DNA from: a virus
Lineage: Duplodnaviria; Caudoviricetes
Reading direction: 5' to 3' (one strand)
IMG/VR virus record: IMGVR_UViG_3300038393_002601
Span: 1 to 57,257 of that record
Length of the DNA: 57,257 nt
Shown: piece by piece, positions 1-10,075 of the stretch
Numbering within the stretch: position 1 is the first letter of the stretch
Layout of the letters: each line of letters opens with the position of its first letter
Position numbers and translations under genes: made by a program
Notes under the pieces: model-generated
The model's database searches: none
The model's input: only the letters and a program-made list of their open reading frames with translations
What the model was told of the DNA's origin: nothing

Positions 1-140
1 TGCGTTAAATTTCCTTGCGAGTCGAAATCGACCATTAATACACGATGACCCTGCTCTGCGAGTATGTATCCGGTTAGTGCGGTGGTTGATGTTTTCCCAA
101 CTCCACCCTTCTGTAATCCAAAACTAATGGTAATCCCCAC
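1..140 (-). CDS. parA: ParA/Soj partition ATPase, N-terminal part (continues at 57257)
   Basis: Manual translation from GTG at 140 (RBS GAGGTGG): MGITISFGLQKGGVGKTSTTALTGYILAEQGHRVLMVDFDSQGNLT; deviant Walker A KGGVGKT and DxDxQGN. Confidence 0.93.
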   Translation of the reverse strand, partial: MGITISFGLQKGGVGKTSTTALTGYILAEQGHRVLMVDFDSQGNLT

Positions 141-226
141 GAATCCACCTCATTTCATTATTATTTCCGTTTCCTAATCATATCATACATTCTTTATTTT
201 GTATGTTGTTTTCTGTTGTCGAAAGA

Positions 227-261
227 TGAACACTGAAAAGTAATATTTTTAGTGTTCAGTA
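227..261. promoter_or_regulatory. Inverted repeat upstream of parA, candidate parS/autoregulatory site
   Basis: TGAACACTGAAAA...TTTTTAGTGTTCAGTA, built from the genome-wide ACTGAAYA motif; lies in the parA promoter region as expected for type Ib centromeres. Confidence 0.5.
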
Positions 262-287
262 TAAATGAATCAAGGTTTGCATATACT
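259..287 (+). promoter_or_regulatory. Candidate sporulation-sigma (sigE/sigG-like) promoter
   Basis: GTATAAA-N14-CATATACT; same architecture recurs at 22694-22722 on the - strand. Confidence 0.35.
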
Positions 288-438
288 AAGTTATGTATGC
301 TCATAGTGTTCCATCACAAGGATTCTAGCTCACTCTTTCACACTCTCTTACCTTGCAGAATCTTTGGCGAAAGCTTTACGGCTTTCGTTACATATATGGT
401 AATATGAATACAAAATAATAGATCCTTGGTGATAGAAT

Positions 439-1413
439 ATGAATCAAAAACCTATAAAGATAAATCATCATTATGTCCCAGCATCCCATCTTGCTAATTT
501 CACAAAAAAAGGTGTTGTTGATAGCAGACTTTGGGTTTTTGACACTGAAACGGGTAAACAGTGGGAAGATAAGCCGAAAAATGTTGCATTCAAAAAGCGG
601 TTATATAACGTGGATGTCCCTGACCAGCGACCTGATGTATTGGAAGATGTGTTTGCAGACATTGAGAATAAAGCAGCTCCCATTATTCGTGAAATCTGTG
701 AGTCTCTTATCATGCCAACAGGTGACGATTACAATTGGTTAATGAATTACATAGCCTTACTTGCTGAAAGAACGCCCGCTCGTAGGGAAGTCCACGAAAA
801 ACCGATGCATGATATATCGAAAATCATGTTACAAATGATGTTGTCCACGCCAGAAAGGTATGAGGCGGTCCGTCGGAGTATGGCCCAAAGCGGTGAACCT
901 GTTGAGGATAACGTTTCGTACGAACAACTTCGTCGCTTTGCGTATGAAGAAAAATACACCTTATCGTTCGATAATAATACCCACATTAAAAATCTGATGG
1001 CGGCCGTGGATGCGATTTTGCAACCGTTAGCTAGTCGACATTGGAGTGTGGTACTTAGTCCCTCGCCGCTTGGCGATTTTATCTGTTCGGACAACCCCGT
1101 TAGTCTACACTGGGCGACGTTAAAAGATAGAGGGTTTTGGTCATCACCGGGCCATGGTCTGCTTGACACGGAAGTCAGTGTACCATTAAGCAGTAGAGTA
1201 GCGTTGCTTGGAAGATTTGAAAAGGTGCATCCTCCTTCGGCGATTTTGGCTTCAAGGAAAACATTAGCATCCATCAACAGCAATACGGGAAGACATTCGC
1301 AGAGATTCATTTTTTCCAGGAAGAATGATTTTTTTTGGTACACCAAAGATAACCGAATCGGGAATGTGGATGAGTATAAAAGATTTATCCAAATGGAGAA
1401 TCAAAAAGCCTGA
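439..1413 (+). CDS. DUF4238-family protein, putative defence-associated
   Basis: N-terminal HHYVP, E-x-x-F-x-x-IE and FICSDNPV motifs typical of DUF4238. Confidence 0.8.
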   Translation: MNQKPIKINHHYVPASHLANFTKKGVVDSRLWVFDTETGKQWEDKPKNVAFKKRLYNVDVPDQRPDVLEDVFADIENKAAPIIREICESLIMPTGDDYNWLMNYIALLAERTPARREVHEKPMHDISKIMLQMMLSTPERYEAVRRSMAQSGEPVEDNVSYEQLRRFAYEEKYTLSFDNNTHIKNLMAAVDAILQPLASRHWSVVLSPSPLGDFICSDNPVSLHWATLKDRGFWSSPGHGLLDTEVSVPLSSRVALLGRFEKVHPPSAILASRKTLASINSNTGRHSQRFIFSRKNDFFWYTKDNRIGNVDEYKRFIQMENQKA

Positions 1414-1439
1414 GTTCTGTAAAACGAGCTCAGGTTTTT
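1403..1439. terminator. Intrinsic terminator, possibly bidirectional
   Basis: CCTGAGTTC/GAGCTCAGG stem flanked by A and T tracts. Confidence 0.65.
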
Positions 1440-1565
1440 CATGCAATGCAAATAATCCATAAAATTTTTATATATTCACTCTGTTTTTATAAATCCATAT
1501 AATGGGAACAAATGTTGTGATAAAATAGGTGTAAATACCTAAATATACCGAAGTTGGTGTTTACT

Positions 1566-4295
1566 ATGTCGATCAGTTGGAATGAGATAAGAGCGAGAGC
1601 CATTGCTTTTTCAAAGGAATGGGAAAATGAAACTAGTGAAGATGCAGAAGCGAAGTCATTCTGGGATGGTTTTTTTCATATATTTGGGGTGCCGCGTCGT
1701 CGGGTCGCCTCATTTGAGAGTAGAGTAAGACATAATGGGAAAACAGGATACATCGATCTATTATGGAAAGGCGTTATTCTGATTGAACATAAATCGAAAG
1801 GCCGAGATTTGGACAAAGCCTTTCAACAAGCCATTGAGTATTTTCCAGGATTACGTGATGATGAACTCCCGCAATATATTCTAGTATCTGATTTTTCACG
1901 TTTTAGGCTGTATGACCTGGAAGAGAATATACAACATGAGTTTCACTTAAAAGATTTGGTCGATTGTGTTCATTTATTTGGCTTTATCGCTGGTTATCAA
2001 AAACACACCTACTACAAAGAGCAAGACCCCGTCAATATTCGAGCAGCGGAATGGATGGGGAAACTGCATGATCAATTAAAAGAAGTCAATTACACCGGAC
2101 ATGCTTTGGAATTGTACCTGGTTCGCCTTCTTTTTTGCTTATTTGCTGACAACACTAGTATCTTTGATAAAAATTCATTCCAAGATTATATCAGAACGAA
2201 GACCAAGGAAGATGGAAGTGATTTGGCCTTTCACCTTTCTGCGATATTCGAGATTTGCGATACGCGACCTGATAGACGTTTGAAAAATATTGATGAAAGT
2301 CTTGCCAACTTTCCGTATATCAACGGAAAGTTATTTGAAGAACGATTGCCAAACGCCGCTTTTGACAGTGGGATGCGGCAATTGCTTTTGGATTGTTGCG
2401 GACTTAACTGGGGACGCGTTTCTCCCGCGATCTTTGGTTCTTTGTTTCAAAGCGTCATGAACCCCGTGGAGCGAAGAAACCTGGGGGCTCATTATACGAC
2501 GGAAGAAAATATCCTGAAGCTCATTAAGAGTTTGTTTTTGGACGAACTGTGGGCGGAGTTTGAAGGGTTAAAAGGGAGTAATATCCGTGAGCGTCAATTT
2601 GTAGGGAATACGACAAGGTTGACGAGGTTCCACCAAAAAATCGCCTCGCTTCGCTTTCTCGATCCCGCATGTGGATGCGGAAATTTTTTAGTTATCGCGT
2701 ACAGGGAGCTGCGTTTATTGGAAATTGCGGTTATACGTGAGCTCATCGGGCGACAAATGGTTATGAACATCAGCGACCTTGTGATGGTGGATGTCGATCA
2801 ATTCTATGGATTTGAAGTGGAGGAATTCCCGGCTCAAATCGCCCAAGTTGCTCTGTGGCTGATGGATCATCAGATGAACATGATTCTAAGCCAGGAGTTT
2901 GGAGAATACTATGTTCGTTTGCCATTGCGTAAAAGTGCAAATATTATTCATGGAAATGCCCTCCAGATGGATTGGAGGGAGGTTGTCGACCCGAATCTGA
3001 TTACGTACATTCTTGGAAATCCTCCGTTTGTTGGAAAGCAATATCAGGATGATCGCCAAAAAGAAGAACTCGAAGCTGTATTTGCAGGTGTACGTGGTGC
3101 TGGGGTGTTGGATTACGTATCCGCTTGGTTTTTGAAAGCGGCTCAATACATCCAAGACACGAATATCAGCGTGGGTTTAGTTTCGACGAACTCGATTACG
3201 CAAGGGGAACAAGTCAGTGTGTTGTGGAAGCAGTTGTTTGATACGTACCATATTCACATTAATTTCGCCCATCGAACGTTTCAATGGACTAGTGAGGCCA
3301 GAGGAAGAGCAGCAGTTCATTGTGTGATTATTGGTTTTTCTTTAAAGGATGAAGATCCGAAAACCATTTTTGATTATGAGACCCCAACATCGGAACCGCT
3401 GTCTGTGAGGGTCAAGAACATCAACGCCTACCTGGTGCCAGGAGATAATATTTGGTTAAATAAACGAAGAACGCCCATTTCTGATTCTGCTCCTCCGATG
3501 GCGTTTGGAAGTATGCCGAATGATGGTGGGTTCTTGCTCCTGACGACTGAACAAAAGGAGCAGCTGTTAGCAAGAGATCCAAAGGCGGAGAAGTTTGTGT
3601 TGCCGCTGCTGGGGAGTGAAGAGCTGATTAATGGCATGGAGCGGTGGTGCATTTGGCTGCACAACGTTCCTCCAGAAGACTATCGAAACTTGCATGGTGT
3701 GATGGAGCGAATTAAGCAGGTAAGAGATAAACGACTAAAGAGCAGACGTGGACAAACCAATAATCTTGCAAAAGTACCGCAATTATTTGGTGAGATTCGG
3801 CAACCAAGTGGTCCTTACCTTGCCTTTCCTGAAGTCTCGTCGGAAACAAGATACTATATTCCTTTAACGTTCTTACCGCCTGAAGTGATTGCGACGAATA
3901 AGTTGTATACCATCCAAGGAGCAACCTTATATCATTTTGGGGTGTTAAGTTCTGCGATGCATATGTCTTGGACAAGAACCGTTTGTGGAAGACTAAAAAG
4001 TGATTATCAATATTCAACAGGGATTGTCTATAATAACTTTCCGTGGCCGAGCCCTGATGATAAGCTAATTGCGAGAATCGAACGTGCAGCTCAAGTGGTG
4101 TTAGAAGCACGATCTAAATTCCCAAGTTCGACGCTTGCTGATTTGTATCATCCGCTTACTATGCCCCCTGAGCTGGTTAGGGCACATGAACGCCTTGACC
4201 ATGTGGTGGATATTGCGTACGGTGGGAAACGATTTAAAACGGACGGAGAACGACTTGCACATCTTTTCGGAAGGTATTTGGAATTAACCAAGTAA
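1566..4295 (+). CDS. MmeI-like type IIL restriction-modification enzyme (fused REase-MTase-TRD)
   Basis: IDLLWKGVILIEHKS (PD-ExK), GAHYT, FLDPACGCGNF (motif I), GNPPF (motif IV), C-terminal VYNNFPWP / TLADLY / H-x-x-LD-x-x-V-D-x-AY; ~910 aa. Confidence 0.92.
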   Translation: MSISWNEIRARAIAFSKEWENETSEDAEAKSFWDGFFHIFGVPRRRVASFESRVRHNGKTGYIDLLWKGVILIEHKSKGRDLDKAFQQAIEYFPGLRDDELPQYILVSDFSRFRLYDLEENIQHEFHLKDLVDCVHLFGFIAGYQKHTYYKEQDPVNIRAAEWMGKLHDQLKEVNYTGHALELYLVRLLFCLFADNTSIFDKNSFQDYIRTKTKEDGSDLAFHLSAIFEICDTRPDRRLKNIDESLANFPYINGKLFEERLPNAAFDSGMRQLLLDCCGLNWGRVSPAIFGSLFQSVMNPVERRNLGAHYTTEENILKLIKSLFLDELWAEFEGLKGSNIRERQFVGNTTRLTRFHQKIASLRFLDPACGCGNFLVIAYRELRLLEIAVIRELIGRQMVMNISDLVMVDVDQFYGFEVEEFPAQIAQVALWLMDHQMNMILSQEFGEYYVRLPLRKSANIIHGNALQMDWREVVDPNLITYILGNPPFVGKQYQDDRQKEELEAVFAGVRGAGVLDYVSAWFLKAAQYIQDTNISVGLVSTNSITQGEQVSVLWKQLFDTYHIHINFAHRTFQWTSEARGRAAVHCVIIGFSLKDEDPKTIFDYETPTSEPLSVRVKNINAYLVPGDNIWLNKRRTPISDSAPPMAFGSMPNDGGFLLLTTEQKEQLLARDPKAEKFVLPLLGSEELINGMERWCIWLHNVPPEDYRNLHGVMERIKQVRDKRLKSRRGQTNNLAKVPQLFGEIRQPSGPYLAFPEVSSETRYYIPLTFLPPEVIATNKLYTIQGATLYHFGVLSSAMHMSWTRTVCGRLKSDYQYSTGIVYNNFPWPSPDDKLIARIERAAQVVLEARSKFPSSTLADLYHPLTMPPELVRAHERLDHVVDIAYGGKRFKTDGERLAHLFGRYLELTK

Positions 4296-4302
4296 AAACA
4301 AC

Positions 4303-4335
4303 GAACTGTCTACGGTTAGTGGCCGTAGACAGTTC
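4303..4335. terminator. Hairpin between convergent defence genes
   Basis: GAACTGTCTACGG/CCGTAGACAGTTC 13-bp stem. Confidence 0.65.
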
Positions 4336-4393
4336 TCACCAGGAAGCTAACGTGGTAGTAGCTCCAGTAATTATATTTTCCAGTTTTTCTCAT

Positions 4394-5893
4394 TTATAAT
4401 TTCCATTCATCCTCAATGGGCGGTAAATCGATCGATACGGTTAATCGATCTCCGTTTTCCTTGTTCTTTTTTTCTTCTTCAATATGCACAGCAATGACTA
4501 CATACAGAAGCAGAGATCGGATTGTCTTCATTAAATCAAATGTATAATCCTGCAACTCATCGTCGGTGATGTAAAAAGCCAGCTGATCCCCTCGCATTCC
4601 CCGATCATCTCCCACCATAGGAAACATGGTTGTTTTAGAGTATTTGTGCTCAATCTGATCTCGAAGATCTTTGAGTATCCTACTTTTGGGTTTGATGACC
4701 CGGTTGTTGACTTCATAGAAATCTTTAGATATCCAATACATTCCACCTAAAGCTAAATTTTCACTGGTTTTAGATAGGATGGGGTTTTCGTATCTGTAAC
4801 CATTCCTCCCGCTTTTTTCTTCAAGCCATATACTTCTGAAGCTCACATCTTTTTCCTCAATGCCAATCTGGAAATATTGGTTCATAAAAAATGCGATTTT
4901 ATCTAGTAGTGAATACAGGGCTCTGTAGGCCATTTTCATTTTGAAATCACTCAAGGAGTGAATGGCGTAATCCAGTGTATTAAGGATCTTTACTTGTCGG
5001 TCGGAGAAATGCTCTTGTGTTTTGGGCTGTATGGCTTCATAAAATAAATACCTAGATGATACGTATTCTTGCTTGATTAGATTGTAGAATCCGTGTAGCC
5101 TGGAATCGTACTCGATGGGTCTGACGATGGATGGCAAATGAATGGGATCATGGGCCGTAGCACTGATTTTTAGCACGTCGTTTACTGGGTTTAAAAATAA
5201 GGTGTTTTCAAGACACCACAGTCGGTATGCTTCCTCTTCTGGTTCACCCAAATCATAGTCGTCGAATTGCAAAGGAGTATCGAGCCAGCTCTTGTCAAAG
5301 TGCGATTCTAAGAATAATTTGTCTTGATCATATAACTCATACGCTTGGGGATGAGGATAATGCAGCTGATTTTTAAGGGCCTGTGAAAACTGGTTGTAAG
5401 CGGAATGGTAGTATATCTGTTGGTATCCGGGATCCCATACTATATTTCCTAAGATGTGATAGGCTCGGCCCCGATTCCCTATGGCTATGGGATGTTTTGA
5501 GAATATTTCTAGAGCGTTATTATATAAGGCAATGGCTTCGAATATTTTTCCCACGGTTAGATAAGTGTTGCCTAAGTTCGTGTATAACTGCGGAATTTGG
5601 ATGATATCTACATCCTTTTGATGCTCATCGTATATATCGATCGCTTTTCTAAAATAAAAAATTTGTTGTTCCAATAGATATTCATTTTCTACACCTATAT
5701 CTGCCCCTAAGTGTAAGAAGTCTCCATGAACGGTTCCTAATGAATAATAAAGCTGCAACTCTTCTGCTGGTGAAAAGGATTCAATTTCTAATAGGAGCAA
5801 TGAATATTCAATCGTAGCCAGTATGGATTCTACATCCTTCTGGATGTAAAACTCATCAAAATATTTACTAATGACGGCTGCTTTGTTTGGCAT
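4394..5893 (-). CDS. TPR + LA2681-family HEPN domain protein, predicted defence RNase
   Basis: TPR-like YTNLGNTY; LFLNPVND, NLIKQEYVSSRY, YSLLDKIAFF and HEPN R-x4-H (RDQIEH) motifs. Confidence 0.85.
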   Translation of the reverse strand: MPNKAAVISKYFDEFYIQKDVESILATIEYSLLLLEIESFSPAEELQLYYSLGTVHGDFLHLGADIGVENEYLLEQQIFYFRKAIDIYDEHQKDVDIIQIPQLYTNLGNTYLTVGKIFEAIALYNNALEIFSKHPIAIGNRGRAYHILGNIVWDPGYQQIYYHSAYNQFSQALKNQLHYPHPQAYELYDQDKLFLESHFDKSWLDTPLQFDDYDLGEPEEEAYRLWCLENTLFLNPVNDVLKISATAHDPIHLPSIVRPIEYDSRLHGFYNLIKQEYVSSRYLFYEAIQPKTQEHFSDRQVKILNTLDYAIHSLSDFKMKMAYRALYSLLDKIAFFMNQYFQIGIEEKDVSFRSIWLEEKSGRNGYRYENPILSKTSENLALGGMYWISKDFYEVNNRVIKPKSRILKDLRDQIEHKYSKTTMFPMVGDDRGMRGDQLAFYITDDELQDYTFDLMKTIRSLLLYVVIAVHIEEEKKNKENGDRLTVSIDLPPIEDEWKL

Positions 5894-6168
5894 AACTTAA
5901 TACCTTTCCATTTTTAGTTATCTTCATTTTACCATGCTTCTTTTATTCTTTCCCTCGGGCTACATTTATATTTCACAATTAGTATTCAGTATTTAGGTTC
6001 ATGTATAATATTACGTAATATTGAACATAATAATATATGTGTGCACCACTTTTCTCTTTCCAATGGATCATTTCCATCTCACCTTTGGCGGAAGCGTATG
6101 TCTTTCGCCATTTTTTTGCAACAAAAAAGACGGCTCCATATTGGTAGTCGTCTGGTTGCCTAGTTTTC

Positions 6169-6462
6169 TTAGAGACTGGCTAACCATGTTTTGAACGGTT
6201 CGAACGTCATCAGCGTTTGAGTTACGTCTTGCATGGTGCTTTTATTTTTCTGGCAGAGCATAGAATCATCATTCCAATGCGATTTTTTGCATGTTGGACA
6301 GTCGAATTTGCGTTCTTCATCCTTGTATTGATACGCAACGGGTGTCCAGGTGTCTTTCATACGTTCAATCGTTAGGATGGTTCCTAGGTCGTGAAGATGA
6401 ACTTCTACGAGCTGATTTGTCAATGGTGTGGCTTCGATTGGGCCGAGTGTTACAGTTGGCAT
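6169..6462 (-). CDS. Small hypothetical protein with CxxC; possible divergent member of the RL-tail family
   Basis: 97 aa, RBS AAGGGGA, CPTC...C, amphipathic C-terminal helix. Confidence 0.7.
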   Translation of the reverse strand: MPTVTLGPIEATPLTNQLVEVHLHDLGTILTIERMKDTWTPVAYQYKDEERKFDCPTCKKSHWNDDSMLCQKNKSTMQDVTQTLMTFEPFKTWLASL

Positions 6463-6489
6463 GTCAACTATCCCCTTATTAGCTGTTTT

Positions 6490-6780
6490 TTAGCGTGCTT
6501 GTTTTGCGATTTGGTCAAGATACACTAGCTTGTCTTGGCTAAGCTGCGGACGTTTGAAAACATGCGGACCAGGTGCGGCCAGCTCGCTATATTCGCGAGT
6601 GTAGCTTTCATCGTCATATAACGGTTCGATAACATCAAGACGTGTTTGAATCGCATGAGATGGCGTTTCTAATGTTTGGAATACGGCATCGTACTCGATA
6701 TCCTGGTATGTCTTCGCCATTTCAACTGTGCTTTCAATACGGTTGATTTTTAGAACTTTCTTTTCCTGTTGTGTGTTCAT
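6490..6780 (-). CDS. Hypothetical protein
   Basis: 96 aa, RBS GGGAGG, upstream TTGCAC-N17-TATTAT promoter. Confidence 0.7.
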   Translation of the reverse strand: MNTQQEKKVLKINRIESTVEMAKTYQDIEYDAVFQTLETPSHAIQTRLDVIEPLYDDESYTREYSELAAPGPHVFKRPQLSQDKLVYLDQIAKQAR

Positions 6781-6856
6781 TTATGAACCCTCCCATTGGT
6801 TTGTTTGTCTTAGCTTTCAAACATAATACCGGAGAATTTTAAATGTGCAACAAAAT

Positions 6857-7189
6857 TTACAGAATATTTTCAGTTTGGATGTAGCAGTAGAGATATTCCC
6901 AGATGGATTCGAGAGTTGGGAAGACAAAATACTCGGATCGCTTGGGATATGTGATTTGGATGTCGAGTTCTATATGTTCACGGAAGAATCGATGCAGATC
7001 AAACAACACCTGGCCAAGTCGATTTCGACTTTCTGGATGTGATTTTGGAAACAAGTCTACGGTTCGCATATCAGGTTCCAGCTGACGAAAATATGTGATT
7101 CCTAACTTGTCCTGTACGTCCCGGTGCATGTGTGTAATGACGGAGTGTTGTACCATCTCCCAAATCATTGTATCAAAATTAATTAACAA
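6857..7189 (-). CDS. Hypothetical protein
   Basis: 110 aa, TTG start after AAGGGAG. Confidence 0.65.
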   Translation of the reverse strand: MLINFDTMIWEMVQHSVITHMHRDVQDKLGITYFRQLEPDMRTVDLFPKSHPESRNRLGQVLFDLHRFFREHIELDIQITYPKRSEYFVFPTLESIWEYLYCYIQTENIL

Positions 7190-7277
7190 GATATTATCAG
7201 CTCCCTTAATGTATTTTATGGTAAATTAATGTTATTTTTTACGCTTATGAGTGCAATTTTTTGCGGTTATTTGCAAT

Positions 7278-7355
7278 AAAAAAACACTCCCTGGTAGAAG
7301 AACTTGTGCGGAGTCCTTGAGAGTGTTTTTACCCAACATGTAGCCGCACCTAACA
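7278..7355 (-). ncRNA. Candidate small RNA or attenuator leader
   Basis: -10 TATACT at 7361-7366; ~80-nt transcript ending in AACACTC/GAGTGTT stem + U tract; alternative GTGCGG/CCGCAC pairing. Confidence 0.35.
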
Positions 7356-7846
7356 TTACCAGTATACAAAATTTGTTTTTTGTTTCGCTAGGGGTTTTAC
7401 ACTTCAACAATAAAATTATTTAAAACTATTCATGTTGCATAGTGGTTAATCATTGTAAGTAACAATATTAATGATACATACAACTGAACACTTATAATGT
7501 TTAGTATTACATAATATTGGTTAAAATATACCTAAAGTCCTTTTTGAATTACAAAAGAACGGTGATGCTTGAAATTGCATCTATTTGCAAGTCTTCTGAC
7601 ATTATATTGAAATTCCTGAAAAGCCCGTCATTATTGGGTTTTACCCTATTTAGCTTCACTTTTGATACTCTTTCAGGTGAAAATATATCGGTTGTAGTTG
7701 ATTATTTGAATTTATAGCAGGTTATTTTCGAATATTTATTCACGCCTAACATTTTTTGTATCTGTCTGATTATATCCAGAGAGGCTTCTCTCCGTTCCGT
7801 CGAAAAACCTCTCTGGTGATTTATGAATCCGGATTTAAAAAACCGT

Positions 7847-8344
7847 CTAGTTAGACGGTTTTTCATCCACGTTTGCTGAGGTTTCCTTTTTGGGACGTCC
7901 GCGTTTTGGGCGTACTGCTTTGAGAAGTTCTGCTTCTACCAATTCTTGTACTTTATTTTTGTCTCGCTTGTATTGTTTATCAGGTGTTTGTTTTGTTCCC
8001 GTAGCTTCCATCGCTGCCAGTATGAAGAATCTACTGAGGGTATACAGTGGATCATCTTCAACCGTTGACAAGATATTTAACAGGCGACAACTCTCTTCGA
8101 TTTCTGGGTACAATCCTACGGGGACACGCACCATAATTTTTACGGTTTCCTGTTTGCGATAATCAAGCGTTTTGTTAGCTTCTCGGATTCTTTCTAGCAT
8201 ATCATTGGTTTGCTTTACTTCTTTATTTTCGGTGCTTGTTGACTTGGTTTTGTCTCTTTCTTTTGCTTTATTGCTTTTTTCACTGGGATTGTTACTTTTT
8301 TCTTCTTGGCGATCATTTTCCACTAAAGTGTTACTTGTTTCCAT
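7847..8344 (-). CDS. Putative DNA-binding regulator (RHH-like core, C-terminal AT-hook-like KRGRPKK), candidate repressor
   Basis: Divergent from the early operon, strong RBS GGGAGGTG; TVKIMVRVP strand followed by two helices. Confidence 0.55.
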   Translation of the reverse strand: METSNTLVENDRQEEKSNNPSEKSNKAKERDKTKSTSTENKEVKQTNDMLERIREANKTLDYRKQETVKIMVRVPVGLYPEIEESCRLLNILSTVEDDPLYTLSRFFILAAMEATGTKQTPDKQYKRDKNKVQELVEAELLKAVRPKRGRPKKETSANVDEKPSN

Positions 8345-8452
8345 AACTTAACACACCTCCCTTAAATCTCAATCATTATACGTAAAAATTCCAAAATATG
8401 TAAAAAATCTACAAAAAATAATTTTGCTAACATAAACACCTAAAACAATTTC

Positions 8453-8516
8453 AAAAATTTTCCACAAACCTCGAAAATATCCGGTAGTATGATCAAAAGC
8501 TAAGTGGAAAATTTTT
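8453..8516. promoter_or_regulatory. 13-bp inverted repeat in divergent switch region, candidate operators
   Basis: AAAAATTTTCCAC (8453-8465) and GTGGAAAATTTTT (8504-8516). Confidence 0.45.
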
Positions 8517-8586
8517 ATAAATCAAAGTCCATTGACTTTGTAATCTGCAAAATACGATACTAGTTAAAATTTTTGTTTTACCAAAA

Positions 8587-8611
8587 AGGGCATTTCAAAA
8601 ATTGTAGCAAT
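8587..8611 (+). promoter_or_regulatory. SigH-like promoter candidate
   Basis: AGGG-N17-CAAT; shares AAGGRCATTTCAAA with 12122. Confidence 0.45.
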
Positions 8612-8642
8612 TAACATTTTAGATTTTAAGGGGGAATCCGAC

Positions 8643-9410
8643 ATGGAATTATCACTACACGACTTTATTCAGCTTCAAAAAGAAATCGGTCCCGACGGCT
8701 GGCAACTGTATTCCATCTTACGATTGGTTTCCAATGGGGATACGGTCTTCTTTAAGCAGGATGAGCTCGCAGATCTTCTTGGTGTATCCAGCACTCGAAC
8801 CGTGTATAAACGCCTCAAGGAGTTGCAAAACGTACAAATCAATACCAAACCGCTGTTGAAACAAATCGAGAAACGGCCTGATGGGAATGTCTATCGCTTG
8901 CTTCCGCTAGAGGTCAGCAAAATCGTTCAGGTCCGTAATTCTGATCTGACCGTATATTCTTTAAGTGATAGCTTAGACATGAACAAAAAGGATACAGAAG
9001 TAACGGATGTGCCGACTACTGCTGAAATTACGACAGAGACGCCTGCACAGACCGCAAAACCGACACCTCAGCAGTTAATCGGCTACTGGTCGGATCGGTA
9101 CGAAGAAACGTACGATACGAAATATGTTGTCTCGTGGAAGAAGGATGCACCGCTGATGAAACGACTGCTCATTAATTACGGCGATGAAATGTTACGGGCG
9201 ATCATTGACGTGGTTATGCGAATGTACGATAAGAAATGGAAATCGGCGGCATATACTCGGCCGACAATCGGCCAACTGTCGAGTTGGATTGCCCAGCAGG
9301 CGGAACCATTTGCCAAAGCTAATTTACAAGCGACACAACCGATGCAAGTGGCGACGGAACAATCAAGCGAAGATTTGTTGCAAGCTCTCGAAGAAAAAGG
9401 GTGGTTCTGA
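8643..9410 (+). CDS. Phage replication initiator / replisome organiser (N-terminal wHTH)
   Basis: HTH QDELADLLGVSSTRTVYKRLKEL; C-terminal helical domain (YTRPTIGQL); upstream of DnaC/DnaB. Confidence 0.75.
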   Translation: MELSLHDFIQLQKEIGPDGWQLYSILRLVSNGDTVFFKQDELADLLGVSSTRTVYKRLKELQNVQINTKPLLKQIEKRPDGNVYRLLPLEVSKIVQVRNSDLTVYSLSDSLDMNKKDTEVTDVPTTAEITTETPAQTAKPTPQQLIGYWSDRYEETYDTKYVVSWKKDAPLMKRLLINYGDEMLRAIIDVVMRMYDKKWKSAAYTRPTIGQLSSWIAQQAEPFAKANLQATQPMQVATEQSSEDLLQALEEKGWF

Positions 9411-9676
9411 TGATCGTGTCGTATGAGGAAATCCTTCGGCAAACGTATAATCGGCCTGCTAAGGAAATTGAGATAGTAGATTACAGGTTCACCATTTCAG
9501 CAGCTGGAAATCCTCTCGCCATCATTTACGTGAAGTTGGTTACTGGAGATGTTGATTGTATTCGGATGACCAAGAAAAACGGTGAGTGGCACATGGTTGA
9601 TTATGCGTATGATGCTTTGATTGATGAGAAGATGTTGAATCATCCTAGTTTACGGTTATTATTTCTTGTTCATTAA
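9410..9676 (+). CDS. Small RL-tail family protein
   Basis: Ends MLNHPSLRLLFLVH; ATG overlaps the initiator stop. Confidence 0.75.
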   Translation: MIVSYEEILRQTYNRPAKEIEIVDYRFTISAAGNPLAIIYVKLVTGDVDCIRMTKKNGEWHMVDYAYDALIDEKMLNHPSLRLLFLVH

Positions 9677-9719
9677 CACTGAATACTAATACTAAATCTG
9701 AAACAAGGTGGGGAATTAA

Positions 9720-10064
9720 GTGAACGAATCTCGAATGGATTTAGAAGCTCGAATTAGTTTTGAGTTCGAGATTGAAGCGGCTAGAAGGAAAGATGACAAC
9801 TATTTGATTTATCTTAAGCGTACAAACGATTTTGGTTTTAATGCAGGATTATTGTCTGTTCTTACAAATGATGATCTGGAAATCATCCAAGGGCCTAGAT
9901 TAGTTGTTCCGATTCATGAAATAGAGTTGTTCCAGATGCAAAAACTGATTCGAAATGAACGTCTTTTGATTATCACGGGATGCTATCCCGAAGGATATCC
10001 GGGAGAAATCATCACTAAAGATGGGTACGTTCAAATTTACGATGAGAATAAAGGATGGATTTAG
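9720..10064 (+). CDS. Small RL-tail family protein (subfamily B)
   Basis: LIRNERLLIITGCYP, similar to 14427-14666. Confidence 0.7.
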   Translation: MNESRMDLEARISFEFEIEAARRKDDNYLIYLKRTNDFGFNAGLLSVLTNDDLEIIQGPRLVVPIHEIELFQMQKLIRNERLLIITGCYPEGYPGEIITKDGYVQIYDENKGWI

Positions 10065-10075
10065 GAGGCAAGGCA

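Noticed and set aside
4394-5893. Arbitrium/Rap-type TPR receptor
   Set aside because: Has a HEPN C-terminus and no adjacent secreted peptide gene
7517-7717. 66-aa + strand ORF
   Set aside because: TTG start without RBS in AT-rich intergenic DNA
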